Shown in pieces: positions 17,853 through 26,160 of a stretch of DNA of 64,000 nt. The stretch's first letter is position 1; the number at the start of each line of letters is the position of its first letter. The position numbers and the translations under genes were made by a program. Location: the IMG/VR virus record IMGVR_UViG_3300017788_000010. The stretch is one strand, 5' to 3'. Origin of the DNA: a virus. Taxonomy: Duplodnaviria > Heunggongvirae > Uroviricota > Caudoviricetes. The notes below the pieces were generated by a model. It was not told where the DNA came from. It saw only the letters and a list, made by a program, of their open reading frames with translations, and ran no database searches.

Positions 17853-19777
17853 TCCGCAAGAAGCACAGCCTCTACATAGTCGCCCTCTGATTGATAGAAG
17901 ATGTTATCAAACAGCTCTGCGGCGCGGACTTCTTCACGAGCGACATCATAGGCGGTCTTTGCTTGGATAACTTGATCCAAATCGCCCGACTCCTGTAAGC
18001 AGGTGGTCGCCACAGCGGCGTACTCCTGTAGCTGGTTATACAGGGTGGCGGTTAGCGAATCAAGGGCGAGGAACCCGCGCACATCCCCTCTAAGCAAGGA
18101 ATCAATGGCCGTATCGAAGCCTCTATCGGACGTAAGGGTGATGAACTGTTGGGCGAGCACTATCCCGGGGCCGGCCTCCTCCTCCAACTTACTTACAGCC
18201 TTAGCTAAGGGATTGCTTAGTAGGCCGGAGGCTAATCTTTCAAATCCAGGAGGCAGGTCGCCAAAGAACACCTCGGCAAACATAGCCCCATGAAAGTTCG
18301 GACGCTCGTCCATATATTGACACAACTTAGCAATGGCAGCGTCACCTGTGCCTACTACAACAGCCGGTGGCAGGTTAAAGGTCATCTTACGCTTAACTAG
18401 ATTAACGTACCTAGTCAAGAAAATATTGATTTCTTCTAAGGAAGTGGTCCCAGAATAACTAGTCATAACCATCTCTGGGGAAACGTCCACCCGGAAATTG
18501 AGCTTCTTCATATTAGTAAACAGCCTGTCCAAATATGAAGTGGACCGCAACAGCTCCTGTGCTATGACCAGTTCAACATACCACTGTTTCTCTTTTAGAA
18601 GATACTTGACGAGCTTTTTTTGAGGAAGGGTTATCTGCATATCGTCTATCATACGAAGCAGGCGGCACCGGACAGCAGAAAGGGTGGGTATATACAAGAA
18701 CCCCGCGCCCGAGCTTTCCGCTATAACGGTCGACTCAAACTCTGCAAAATAATCTGTTCGGCTGCGGTTATCCACGGCCAGCTTATTGAACACCGCTATG
18801 AGCTGCTCTAACTCATATAACAGCCCAGCTATTTTAAGGAACCGTCTAGTAGGCAATATATCTATAATGTCTTTAAAGCTGGTACTTCTGAGAAGCTCTG
18901 CCGCGGCCTTCATATCCGCTTTAGCTACCGCTATATCACCGCCCGGGGAGCCGCCGGTAGTTCTAAGCTGCTCAATAGTGCCGGCTAGGCGACTGTCGGC
19001 CGACTGAACTAAGGACAGGGCTGTGGTTATGATAGCCACGTGATCCGTTACGTAATCATTTTCGTTAAGGTTAGGTATCTCCTTATTGAGCTCCCGGATA
19101 ACGCGAATCATTTGCCTAATGGTGGCCATCTCATTCTTGAGGGTCACTTTAAGAGCGTTGCCAGCAATGTGACGCAATCCGTCACCGAAGCCCTTGTCAA
19201 GGCCCAAACCTATGGCAAAGGAATTGAATACCTGCGCTGCCTGCCTGCGTATCCTACCAAACTGATTGGGTATACCTGTTACACCTGTCCAGGTAGCCGA
19301 CAGTTGGGGAAGGGCAGATCCAGATAAAGGCCCGCATATGTTATTACCGGCCTTACGAGCGTTGTCAGTGAGCAACGCAGAAGTTTCTGGAGCAAAGATA
19401 TCCGCCACATTACCAAACGCGCCTATAGTTGCTGTAGAGGTAGCTACAACAGAGTTTGCGATGGTAGTAGGGTCTTTTATCAGCCCCTCAACTAAAGACT
19501 GCAGAGAATCCCCTGCCAGCAGAGTAGCGTCAAGCAAGGCCGCTCCACCGCTGCTGGAAACCCCTTCGACTAACGAATCAAGAAAGGAGGGGGGCTGTGC
19601 GGGGCCTAGCGTCACACTGTCTTTATCAGCTAGAGCGGCCTCTATCGCAGCTTTTTTAGAGGCCGACTCCGCTGAGCTAATTATGGACAAAATGTCCCGT
19701 ATACTCGTTACGCTAGGAGCACAGTTTCTTCCGAGTGTTTCGGTTCTGATTTCACTGCTTAGCGACAGTAGGGTCAT
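17849..19777 (-). CDS. Hypothetical virion-module protein (642 aa)
   Basis: Long ORF inside a co-directional minus-strand operon. Confidence 0.65.
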   Translation of the reverse strand: MTLLSLSSEIRTETLGRNCAPSVTSIRDILSIISSAESASKKAAIEAALADKDSVTLGPAQPPSFLDSLVEGVSSSGGAALLDATLLAGDSLQSLVEGLIKDPTTIANSVVATSTATIGAFGNVADIFAPETSALLTDNARKAGNNICGPLSGSALPQLSATWTGVTGIPNQFGRIRRQAAQVFNSFAIGLGLDKGFGDGLRHIAGNALKVTLKNEMATIRQMIRVIRELNKEIPNLNENDYVTDHVAIITTALSLVQSADSRLAGTIEQLRTTGGSPGGDIAVAKADMKAAAELLRSTSFKDIIDILPTRRFLKIAGLLYELEQLIAVFNKLAVDNRSRTDYFAEFESTVIAESSGAGFLYIPTLSAVRCRLLRMIDDMQITLPQKKLVKYLLKEKQWYVELVIAQELLRSTSYLDRLFTNMKKLNFRVDVSPEMVMTSYSGTTSLEEINIFLTRYVNLVKRKMTFNLPPAVVVGTGDAAIAKLCQYMDERPNFHGAMFAEVFFGDLPPGFERLASGLLSNPLAKAVSKLEEEAGPGIVLAQQFITLTSDRGFDTAIDSLLRGDVRGFLALDSLTATLYNQLQEYAAVATTCLQESGDLDQVIQAKTAYDVAREEVRAAELFDNIFYQSEGDYVEAVLLAD

Positions 19778-19967
19778 CTAAAGACCTCGATCGGCATAGA
19801 ACATCAGCAATTATATTAGCCCAGGTTCGTTTAGGACGCCTATTTTTCTCTTCGATAGCCTGTGCTATCTCAACAGTTGTCATAAACTTAGGGATAGATA
19901 TGTTGCTAGGAATAGATCGACGAACACCTGCTCGTCTAGAAAGATGGCGCGCTTTCCCTGCGCTCAT
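19752..19967 (-). CDS. Small hypothetical protein (71 aa)
   Basis: Minus-strand ATG at 19965-67 overlaps the stop of an unannotated small upstream ORF. Confidence 0.35.
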   Translation of the reverse strand: MSAGKARHLSRRAGVRRSIPSNISIPKFMTTVEIAQAIEEKNRRPKRTWANIIADVLCRSRSLDDPTVAKQ

Positions 19968-20244
19968 TTGGCAGCCTTCTTAGAATCGGTCTGCTCTTTA
20001 ATATATTTGGCCTCAAGAGCCTCTTCGAGGTTTGTGTCAAACTTGGCTTTCATATCAGGATACGGAAATAGGCGTATCTTTTTGGCGCCCGTTGTGAGCG
20101 CCTGCGCTACTTTCAGTATTTGATTCGAATTAGTACTCATCATCGAGAGCGTCTTCTATAATATCGTCATCGACGGTATCGCGAGAATCATAACCCTCGT
20201 CGTCGGTATCTTCTTCGGGAACTTCTTCGTCGTCTATTAGATCT

Positions 20245-20427
20245 TCATCCATTGTTCAAAACCTTTCTGATAAGTAGGGAGGCCCTTTTCTTCAAAACAA
20301 CCCCATGCGCATTAGTACCAGCGCTTCCAGGGGTGGATTTATGAGACTTACTAGACAGGCCAGCTGGATTATACCCAGCTTTTACACGACCTGTAGTTGT
20401 ATATGTTTTTACTATAGGCTGCTTCAT
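20245..20427 (-). CDS. Small basic protein (60 aa)
   Basis: Coupled to the neighbouring small minus-strand ORFs in a run of overlapping genes. Confidence 0.35.
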   Translation of the reverse strand: MKQPIVKTYTTTGRVKAGYNPAGLSSKSHKSTPGSAGTNAHGVVLKKRASLLIRKVLNNG

Positions 20428-20645
20428 ACTCTCGTCACATCATTAACTTTCTGGACCCTTGGCTTAGGTCCTGAATAAGGGGTATAAACAGAAGACACGC
20501 CTGTGTTTATACCAGAAATATCCTGCCCTCGATGAGACCTAGGTATGTGCTTAGCGTCCGGGTATGGCTCTATGTATTGCATACCCGTAACAACAGCCCG
20601 GGCTAATTTGCGCAGTGTTGTAAAAAAATAGTCAGTTTGTGGCAT
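20424..20645 (-). CDS. Small hypothetical protein (73 aa)
   Basis: First gene of the leftward small-gene run. Its ATG is the CAT inside promoter-motif copy 2 on the other strand. Confidence 0.4.
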   Translation of the reverse strand: MPQTDYFFTTLRKLARAVVTGMQYIEPYPDAKHIPRSHRGQDISGINTGVSSVYTPYSGPKPRVQKVNDVTRV

Positions 20646-20652
20646 AAGATAT
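20637..20652 (+). promoter_or_regulatory. Conserved promoter-like motif TTGTGGCATAAGATAT (copy 2)
   Basis: Exact 16-mer; 50 nt upstream of the plus-strand ATG at 20702. Confidence 0.5.
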
Positions 20653-20701
20653 TTGGTGCTGTCTTTCTTTTTGACCGCTCTACCTGAAAGGTCCCCAAAC
20701 C

Positions 20702-20959
20702 ATGCCAGGCGTACACAAGTATATACTCAAACGAGTCTATTCACTCATATCCCATACCATTCCCCACCTTGTCGACATAGCCTACAGTGTCGGCCAAACC
20801 CTACGAAATCGGACGTTGCCCATACCTACGAATAGGACACTGTCCATACCTACGAAATCGATCACTTTCAGTTTTTGTATTCCATCCGTAGCCCGGAACC
20901 GTTTTCCCATTACTTCTATAAGATCAGGGCGGGACGCCGCTCTGATGTACTTTTACTAG
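20702..20959 (+). CDS. Hypothetical protein (85 aa)
   Basis: ATG-initiated plus-strand ORF downstream of motif copy 2. It contains the short-repeat region. Confidence 0.35.
   Translation: MPGVHKYILKRVYSLISHTIPHLVDIAYSVGQTLRNRTLPIPTNRTLSIPTKSITFSFCIPSVARNRFPITSIRSGRDAALMYFY
20799..20865 (+). repeat. Short direct repeats: CCATACCTACGAA twice and CCTACGAAATCG twice
   Basis: Seen directly in the sequence between the convergent genes 20702..20959 (+) and 20956..21423 (-). Confidence 0.5.
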
Positions 20960-21423
20960 AAAATGTGTGGGACTCTTCTTTTAGCTAACTCAAGGTCATC
21001 TGTTAGCATATCCACAGAATCAAGCTGTCCTGGGAATAGTATTTCTATTGTTGCCCTGAACCGCCTCAGCGCGGGGTCGTCCAAGAAATCCCTGATGTCC
21101 TGCTCTATGACGTAGATTTCTCTTTTACTGTTAGGGGACATTTTTGATCTGAGACTCACAACCTTCAACCAACGAAGGTGTCTATCCAAATCCGCCTCAG
21201 CGCCAACGTAGAACAATCGAACAACGTTATGCTGTTCTATACTTTTCTTATCGGTTCTGAATACGGGGGTACTGACGTCATGATACCCGCCAAACCCGTC
21301 CTCAAACAGTATTCTGTACACTCTGGTGTGATCAAATGCCCGCGGCGGTGTGGCTGCGCCAGAGCTAGGTAGTATATAAGGGCTATGTATATAATGCAGT
21401 AGGTGTAGCTTACCCGGGTCCAT
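20956..21423 (-). CDS. Hypothetical protein (155 aa)
   Basis: ORF; overlaps the next minus-strand gene by 14 nt. Confidence 0.5.
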   Translation of the reverse strand: MDPGKLHLLHYIHSPYILPSSGAATPPRAFDHTRVYRILFEDGFGGYHDVSTPVFRTDKKSIEQHNVVRLFYVGAEADLDRHLRWLKVVSLRSKMSPNSKREIYVIEQDIRDFLDDPALRRFRATIEILFPGQLDSVDMLTDDLELAKRRVPHIF

Positions 21424-21709
21424 TTGATTCGCCCACTAGCTTTGACAGTGAGTCAGGAAGGCCTAGTATAACACCGACTTTGTTATCGGTAGTGCGCAGA
21501 TACCCTGAGCACATAACGCCCCGAAGGCGTCCGCGAATTTGGGGGTTGCTAATCTTGTCCGCAGCCGAGACCCACATTGTATCTACTGTAGTAAAAGGAG
21601 GTAGCGCGCCGTAATACTTATAATAGCTATTAACGCATTTATTCAGATTTCTGTGTGTCTTACGAAGACCATCTTTTAGAAGCTTACTAGAAACCATGTC
21701 GTCCTCCAT
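21410..21709 (-). CDS. Hypothetical protein (99 aa)
   Basis: ORF coupled to its neighbours. Confidence 0.45.
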   Translation of the reverse strand: MEDDMVSSKLLKDGLRKTHRNLNKCVNSYYKYYGALPPFTTVDTMWVSAADKISNPQIRGRLRGVMCSGYLRTTDNKVGVILGLPDSLSKLVGESNGPG

Positions 21710-21990
21710 TATGTAGAAAACGTGTCCGGTCCAAACTTAGTCAATAAACGCTCCTTAAGTAGACGTTCTGTCCGCTCTTCTGACATGAGCATTGTGATAA
21801 CAAACATATTAGCGGCGCCATTAGTTGTCGCTAGAGATATAGGGCCGTGAGGCCCGTCGTACTCGATAAAAACATTACCACTAGCCCCGTGATTGACTGT
21901 CACAGGAAAGCCAAGACAATCGTTTGTCACGGTTATTACAGAAGAGACGACTTTAACATCGCCTGTCATTACCAAAGAGCGCTTAGACAC
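21709..21990 (-). CDS. Hypothetical protein (93 aa)
   Basis: ORF coupled to its neighbours. Confidence 0.45.
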   Translation of the reverse strand: MSKRSLVMTGDVKVVSSVITVTNDCLGFPVTVNHGASGNVFIEYDGPHGPISLATTNGAANMFVITMLMSEERTERLLKERLLTKFGPDTFST

Positions 21991-22037
21991 CTAAGTATAC
22001 TCCTACAAAGTATCTGTTCTGATTCACCGTTATACCA

Positions 22038-22823
22038 TCACTTTGAATACTGAGCACTGAACTCCTCTAAAGAAAGCTTGAGCCACCCCGCTCTGTTTAT
22101 AGGCGTATCCGAAAACGGGGTCAAATTAAACACGGAGGTGCCTTTAGAAGCAGCCCACGCAGGAAACTTGGAATAGAAGTCGGCGTGGTGCTCCTGCCAG
22201 TCGCCACCACCCGTAGACTGCACAGATAAACCATCGCCGTAGAAATGCGTCTCGGTACCCCGTAAATGTTGCTGAACTGCAGAAAAATCTACCCCTAGCA
22301 TCCCCACAACACGCGCACCACCTAAAACAGCTAGCTGTAGGCAATAAGCAGTGGTGGTGCCTTGGCGTATTAGCGGGTCACTAAGGCGATCAGGCCATAT
22401 CCAAGAAGCGGGTCTAGCGGGCGGTCCTAGCAGAAAGTACCGCGCATTAGGAAGCTCATGTACCCAGCTCTTAATGTAGTTGTGCCATACAAAAATAGGG
22501 CCTTTAAAAGCTCTATAGAAAGGCTCTTCTGCAGCCAGAATAGGCGGATCAGTGAACAACAAAGCAGTAGGGGAGTACACCCTGCCTATTCTATTGACGC
22601 CTATGGTTGTGAAAGAATCAAGTAAAGCTAAATTGACTTTATTAAGCGCTGGAGAATTGCCTAATACGATAACCACCTTATCCTTAAAGTCTATATGAGG
22701 ATCCGTGGCAAAGTTCTTTAGCCCGTGCTTGTTTTGTATAATCGCCTCTCTGGCGTCCTGTATTCTCTGTATTCTGAGCATGTGTACCTCTATAGAGTTA
22801 TACTGTATTACCGGGAGAAACAT
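22038..22823 (-). CDS. DUF115 / Maf (motility-accessory-factor)-like putative glycosyltransferase
   Basis: Motif KVVIVLGNSPALN ... TIGVNRI is typical of the MAF_flag10/DUF115 family implicated in nonulosonic-acid transfer and glycosylation. Confidence 0.5.
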   Translation of the reverse strand: MFLPVIQYNSIEVHMLRIQRIQDAREAIIQNKHGLKNFATDPHIDFKDKVVIVLGNSPALNKVNLALLDSFTTIGVNRIGRVYSPTALLFTDPPILAAEEPFYRAFKGPIFVWHNYIKSWVHELPNARYFLLGPPARPASWIWPDRLSDPLIRQGTTTAYCLQLAVLGGARVVGMLGVDFSAVQQHLRGTETHFYGDGLSVQSTGGGDWQEHHADFYSKFPAWAASKGTSVFNLTPFSDTPINRAGWLKLSLEEFSAQYSK

Positions 22824-22847
22824 AGTACTTTCGTAAAATTAGTGCTT

Positions 22848-22863
22848 TTGTGTCATAAGATAT
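22848..22863 (+). promoter_or_regulatory. Conserved promoter-like motif TTGTGTCATAAGATAT (copy 3)
   Basis: Motif copy, 43 nt upstream of the ATG at 22906. Confidence 0.5.
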
Positions 22864-22905
22864 TTGAAGCACTGCTTCGTCAATTTTTCCCTCTCCCATA
22901 AAAAA

Positions 22906-23619
22906 ATGAAAAATACCAAAAGACTCGACAGAGAGATAATCGAGCACGAGCGCTGGAACAGCTCCGCTAAGTCCACCATTGACCGCAAGGGATGGCGCAA
23001 GGACCCTGAGAACGCCTCTGAGACGGGCAAACTGTGCGACTGGTTCGGGTGGAGCGGAAAGAAAAAAGAACGCCACGACAACCTGAACCCGCTGTACGGC
23101 TTCTTGAGAAAACACGTTGGGCAGCCCTACGACAAAGTGTACTCTGAGTTGTGCCAGCGATACGATCGCCGCAGGTTTGATGGATGGCGTCTGCATAACC
23201 GCCTGAGCATCACCGTGTACCCCTGGATGGAATTTCAGACGTTGTCTGGAAAGGGCTTCCTGCGCTACAGACTGAACTACACAGACATCTTTTATGTAGA
23301 CGCCGCGGGTATCTTGCGGTATACCGGCCAACGTCAGAGACCTTTCGGTAAGGCTGGTCGTAGGGACAAGGTGGCTGAAGAACTCGCCAAGGGTCGCTTT
23401 GAAAAGAACGGCAAGCTGTACCGAAAACTGGACGGCTGCTGGTTTGTCGTGACCCTGGACCCGACCGACCTGTTCGCTGTCTCCGAGGGTTTTGTGCCCG
23501 GTAACCCGGCAGCGAAGACCTTCTACAAATACCGTAAGGACAATCCCAGAATACAAACAAAGCGGCAGCTCGGGAAGAGAGAGCTGTCGGAGCTGGGTCT
23601 GGTTAACGATGCGGCATAG
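22906..23619 (+). CDS. Hypothetical basic protein (237 aa)
   Basis: Plus-strand ORF with a charged, protein-like composition, preceded by the motif and followed by tRNA-Ser. Preferred over the fully overlapping minus ORF 22798..23649, which is L/V/A/Q-rich and antisense-like. Confidence 0.5.
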   Translation: MKNTKRLDREIIEHERWNSSAKSTIDRKGWRKDPENASETGKLCDWFGWSGKKKERHDNLNPLYGFLRKHVGQPYDKVYSELCQRYDRRRFDGWRLHNRLSITVYPWMEFQTLSGKGFLRYRLNYTDIFYVDAAGILRYTGQRQRPFGKAGRRDKVAEELAKGRFEKNGKLYRKLDGCWFVVTLDPTDLFAVSEGFVPGNPAAKTFYKYRKDNPRIQTKRQLGKRELSELGLVNDAA

Positions 23620-23624
23620 TACAA

Positions 23625-23711
23625 GGAGGGGCCGGCATTGGTGCGCCAAACTGATTTGAAATCAGTGTACCTCTAAAGGGTAGGGGGGTTCGAATCCCTC
23701 CCCCTCCGCCA
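23625..23711 (+). tRNA. tRNA-Ser (anticodon UGA), type II with long variable arm, CCA encoded
   Basis: Acceptor GGAGGGG pairs with CCCCTCC. D-stem is 3 bp. Anticodon stem is ACTGA/TCAGT with loop TTTGAAA. Long variable hairpin TACC...GGTA. T-arm GGGGG-TTCGAAT-CCCTC. Confidence 0.85.
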
Positions 23712-23717
23712 ACACGC

Positions 23718-24227
23718 ATGAAAAGATGTAAACACGCTTACCGGCTTATTAGCTATTCTGGGATAAAGGGTTCGTTCGAATGCTCCCAGTGCGCTAAAAT
23801 CGTGTCGCGAGGCTTCACTAAAAAAGAGCGCGCTGCGGTTAAGAAGCGCTCCGTGGTTATGCAAAAGAGGGCCGAAGACACACATAAAGTGTATCACGCT
23901 TGGGCGCAACTCGTTGCACAACATAAAGGTAATCCGAGTAGTCTAATGGACGCCGCAGAGGACTTTCATAAACAGTACTCGGGTCAAACCTTCCTGATAA
24001 CCGTGGACGATAAAATGCATATGTCAAGCCAGATGCTTGTCATAACTCACGAGACAGAAGATAGCTTTATGGGTATTACGGTGACTACGTTGACGCAGGC
24101 AGACACACAGGTACACGAGTGTTTCCTGTACCCGCATTCAATAGACAACCTAGCTAACGCCTTAGCTACAATAAAGTGGCGCACATATAAAAGAAGCGGC
24201 GAACCGCCGCTTGATATAACGTACTAA
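23718..24227 (+). CDS. Hypothetical protein (169 aa)
   Basis: ORF starts 7 nt after tRNA-Ser. Its stop abuts the tRNA 5' fragment. Confidence 0.55.
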   Translation: MKRCKHAYRLISYSGIKGSFECSQCAKIVSRGFTKKERAAVKKRSVVMQKRAEDTHKVYHAWAQLVAQHKGNPSSLMDAAEDFHKQYSGQTFLITVDDKMHMSSQMLVITHETEDSFMGITVTTLTQADTQVHECFLYPHSIDNLANALATIKWRTYKRSGEPPLDITY

Positions 24228-24252
24228 GGGCGATTAACTCAGCGGCAGAGTG
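24228..24252 (+). other. tRNA 5' fragment (acceptor strand GGGCGAT + D-arm ACTCAGCGGCAGAGT); possible 5' half of a split or disrupted tRNA
   Basis: Canonical acceptor/D-arm architecture. GGGCGAT is exactly complementary to ATCGCCC of the 3' fragment at 25013-19. No anticodon arm follows. Confidence 0.4.
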
Positions 24253-24877
24253 CATCAATCCAGCCTGAGATTCTGGCTCGGGCGTCAGTATTGCACCACA
24301 ACACCATTGCTGTTCCATAAGGACAGCGATGTTCGGTGACTTGCTTTGAGGATATTGGCACACAAACGTGTGTTTTTCTTAGCGCTGTTGTTGGTAAGCC
24401 CAACTCCTGCTGCCAAAACTTTTCAGCGGCTTTAACATCTAGGCCTGGATGGATTTGTATTCTTAGTGTTATGCTCTCAACAGGTGCCTTGAGGTAGTTG
24501 AGGATGAAGCTAACAAAAAAAGCCAGCATCTTTGGGTCCGATGACCCCATTCCCACTTTATTCTTGTTCTTAACTCCCTCTCCCCAGTAGAGGGCAGCAA
24601 ATGCCCACAAACGCCTGTCGGTGGTGTTTGATGCTTCGACAAAACCAAGATCTTCTTGTCCTTTTCGACGCTTAAAGGCTTCTGTCTGATTTCGACGAGC
24701 CCGCTCACGTAATCTGGTTGTCGTTTTGTCGCTGAGAGAAAACGTTGGGTATGGTAGATCAGCTACCCAATGCGAAACGGATGATTTTGAAACACCCAAA
24801 TTACGTGATATTTCCGTTATGCTCTTCCCGTCAGATCTCATCTGACGTGCTGATTGTCTTTCCGCTTGTTTAGTCAT
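24239..24877 (-). CDS. HTH-containing LAGLIDADG-like putative homing endonuclease (212 aa)
   Basis: N-terminal HTH KSITEISRNLGVSKSSVSHWV. Motif AALYWGEG resembles a single LAGLIDADG box. Paralogous to the antisense ORF in the tRNA-Leu(UAG) intron, sharing the Y-x-GEG ... LK-x-P ... L-x-I pattern. Its stop overlaps the tRNA 5' fragment. Confidence 0.45.
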   Translation of the reverse strand: MTKQAERQSARQMRSDGKSITEISRNLGVSKSSVSHWVADLPYPTFSLSDKTTTRLRERARRNQTEAFKRRKGQEDLGFVEASNTTDRRLWAFAALYWGEGVKNKNKVGMGSSDPKMLAFFVSFILNYLKAPVESITLRIQIHPGLDVKAAEKFWQQELGLPTTALRKTHVCVPISSKQVTEHRCPYGTAMVLWCNTDARARISGWIDALCR

Positions 24878-24883
24878 GGTAAT

Positions 24884-24957
24884 AGGCGCTTAGTTAAACG
24901 GTATAATAACTGAGTTACATTCAGTGGTCCAGGGTTCGACTCCCTGAGTGCCTACCA
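24884..24957 (+). tRNA. tRNA-Val (anticodon UAC), CCA encoded
   Basis: Acceptor AGGCGCT pairs with AGTGCCT (one G-U). D-loop has GG. Anticodon stem ACTGA/TCAGT with loop GTTACAT. T-arm CAGGG-TTCGACT-CCCTG. Confidence 0.8.
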
Positions 24958-24990
24958 ATTATACCAAACACTTATGTTAATACAAATACC

Positions 24991-25023
24991 GGGTCAGGGG
25001 TTCGAATCCCTTATCGCCCACCA
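24991..25023 (+). pseudogene. tRNA 3' fragment (T-arm AGGGG-TTCGAAT-CCCTT, acceptor ATCGCCC, discriminator A, CCA) with no usable 5' half nearby
   Basis: Perfect T-loop and CCA end, but the preceding 33 nt cannot supply acceptor/D/anticodon arms. The complementary 5' acceptor strand lies 760 nt upstream at 24228. Confidence 0.4.
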
Positions 25024-25062
25024 ACACGAGGCCATGGCGAAATAGGTAGCCGCAGCAGACTT

Positions 25063-25814
25063 CACTCTTTGCATACAAAACACTGCGTATTACACTTTAG
25101 AAAAGAGGTAATGTGCAATGAAAAAACTTGTGTGCATAAAATGCGGTAAGTCCAGAGAGGTAGGTAGACGCGTGTGTGCGGCTTGTCATAAGGAAATAGC
25201 TAGAGAGCGTCAAAAACAACGTGCAGCTGTAGCCGGTCGGTATATGTACGACCTACTATGCGTGTGCTGCTTTTCCTCATTTAAGGGGTGGAGGAGCACA
25301 CAGCAGTGGTGCGGCGCGTGTTACGACAGCAGAGCGGTTCTAAGAAAGAACAAACTGAAAGCAACAAACCGATACGTGTTTACCCAGACTCCTGGGAGAA
25401 CACAGCACAAGGATGTTGCAGAACAGGCCCTAGGTAGGGCGCTTAACTCTAACGAAACGGTTCATCATATGGACCACGATCCGAAAAACAACCACATAAC
25501 TAATCTGGTTGTTTTGACAAGAAGTACGCATGGCAAGCTACATAAGTATCTAGACGACCAACGAGCCCTCCTAGAGAAATCTAGGATGGTGAATTCCGAG
25601 AATTGCTGGAACACCCTTATAGCTCCCATGACTACAGCGTGGTTGGAAACGACGGGCGCGAAAGTCAAAAAACTATGGGAGATTGGGCAATCAGCAGGCG
25701 AGCGCCGTACAGGCGAAGCTTCAGAGACTAGGCACGGAACACCTGACCATTAAGTTGCAGGTGATGATATAGTCCAGACTACAACGAGAGGCTAGCGAAA
25801 GCTAGAGTAGTAAG
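25063..25814 (+). mobile_element. Group I intron in tRNA-Leu(UAA), encoding an HNH homing endonuclease
   Basis: Conserved core elements: R-like TTCAGAGACTAGG (about 25714), S element GATATAGTCC (about 25777), a P9 hairpin with GAAA tetraloop, and terminal G (omega-G) at 25814. Insertion is after U34 as in the classic tRNA-Leu(UAA) introns. Confidence 0.7.
25118..25753 (+). CDS. HNH homing endonuclease (211 aa) with N-terminal CxxC...CxxC zinc finger, intron-encoded
   Basis: HNH motif ETVHHMDHDPKNNHITNLVVLTRSTHGKLH. Zinc-finger CIKCGK...CAACHK. The C-terminus overlaps the intron catalytic core (R element lies inside the coding region). Confidence 0.8.
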   Translation: MKKLVCIKCGKSREVGRRVCAACHKEIARERQKQRAAVAGRYMYDLLCVCCFSSFKGWRSTQQWCGACYDSRAVLRKNKLKATNRYVFTQTPGRTQHKDVAEQALGRALNSNETVHHMDHDPKNNHITNLVVLTRSTHGKLHKYLDDQRALLEKSRMVNSENCWNTLIAPMTTAWLETTGAKVKKLWEIGQSAGERRTGEASETRHGTPDH

Positions 25815-25872
25815 AAAATCTGCTACCGAAAGGTGTCCTGGGTTCGAGTCCCGGTGGCCTCACCACACTTCA

Positions 25873-26160
25873 ATGACAGACAGATTATTAAAACTAGTGG
25901 AATCTTTTGAATCTCAGCAATTCACTCGTATAGAGATATGGCCGCTCGCGCAGTACTTTGGAATCCAGTGTATGGAAAAAAGCTGTCCAAGCAAACAGGC
26001 GTGTATCCAGCACTATATGAATCATGCTACAGTAAATAAACCGCTACAAACACCAAATATAATGTGGGATACCAATAACTACGTCTACTGTTCACGAACC
26101 CTCAGCGGCAAAAACCACGGCCGCCTAACACTCACCTACGACGGACTAAGATGCATCTGA
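25873..26160 (+). CDS. Hypothetical protein (95 aa)
   Basis: ORF starts 8 nt after tRNA-Leu exon 2. Confidence 0.45.
   Translation: MTDRLLKLVESFESQQFTRIEIWPLAQYFGIQCMEKSCPSKQACIQHYMNHATVNKPLQTPNIMWDTNNYVYCSRTLSGKNHGRLTLTYDGLRCI

Larger units (their letters stand above)
25028..25865 (+). tRNA. tRNA-Leu (anticodon UAA) interrupted by a 752-nt group I intron between anticodon positions 34 and 35. Exon 1 is 25028..25062 and exon 2 is 25815..25865.
   Basis: Exon 1 is GAGGCCA-TG-GCGAAATAGGTAGCCGC-A-GCAGA-CTT. Exon 2 is AAAA-TCTGC-TACCGAAAGGTG-TCCTGGG-TTCGAGT-CCCGG-TGGCCTC-A-CCA. Acceptor GAGGCCA/TGGCCTC is perfect, anticodon stem GCAGA/TCTGC is perfect, and the loop CTT|AAAA gives UAA. Mature length is 86 nt with a long variable arm. 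Confidence 0.75.

Noticed and set aside
22798-23649. 283-aa minus-strand ORF fully overlapping the plus-strand 22906..23619 gene
   Set aside because: The L/V/A/Q-rich product looks antisense-derived. The plus-strand ORF is preceded by the conserved promoter motif and fits the local plus-strand tRNA/gene run. Only one of the two can be real, and the plus one is favoured, though not with certainty.
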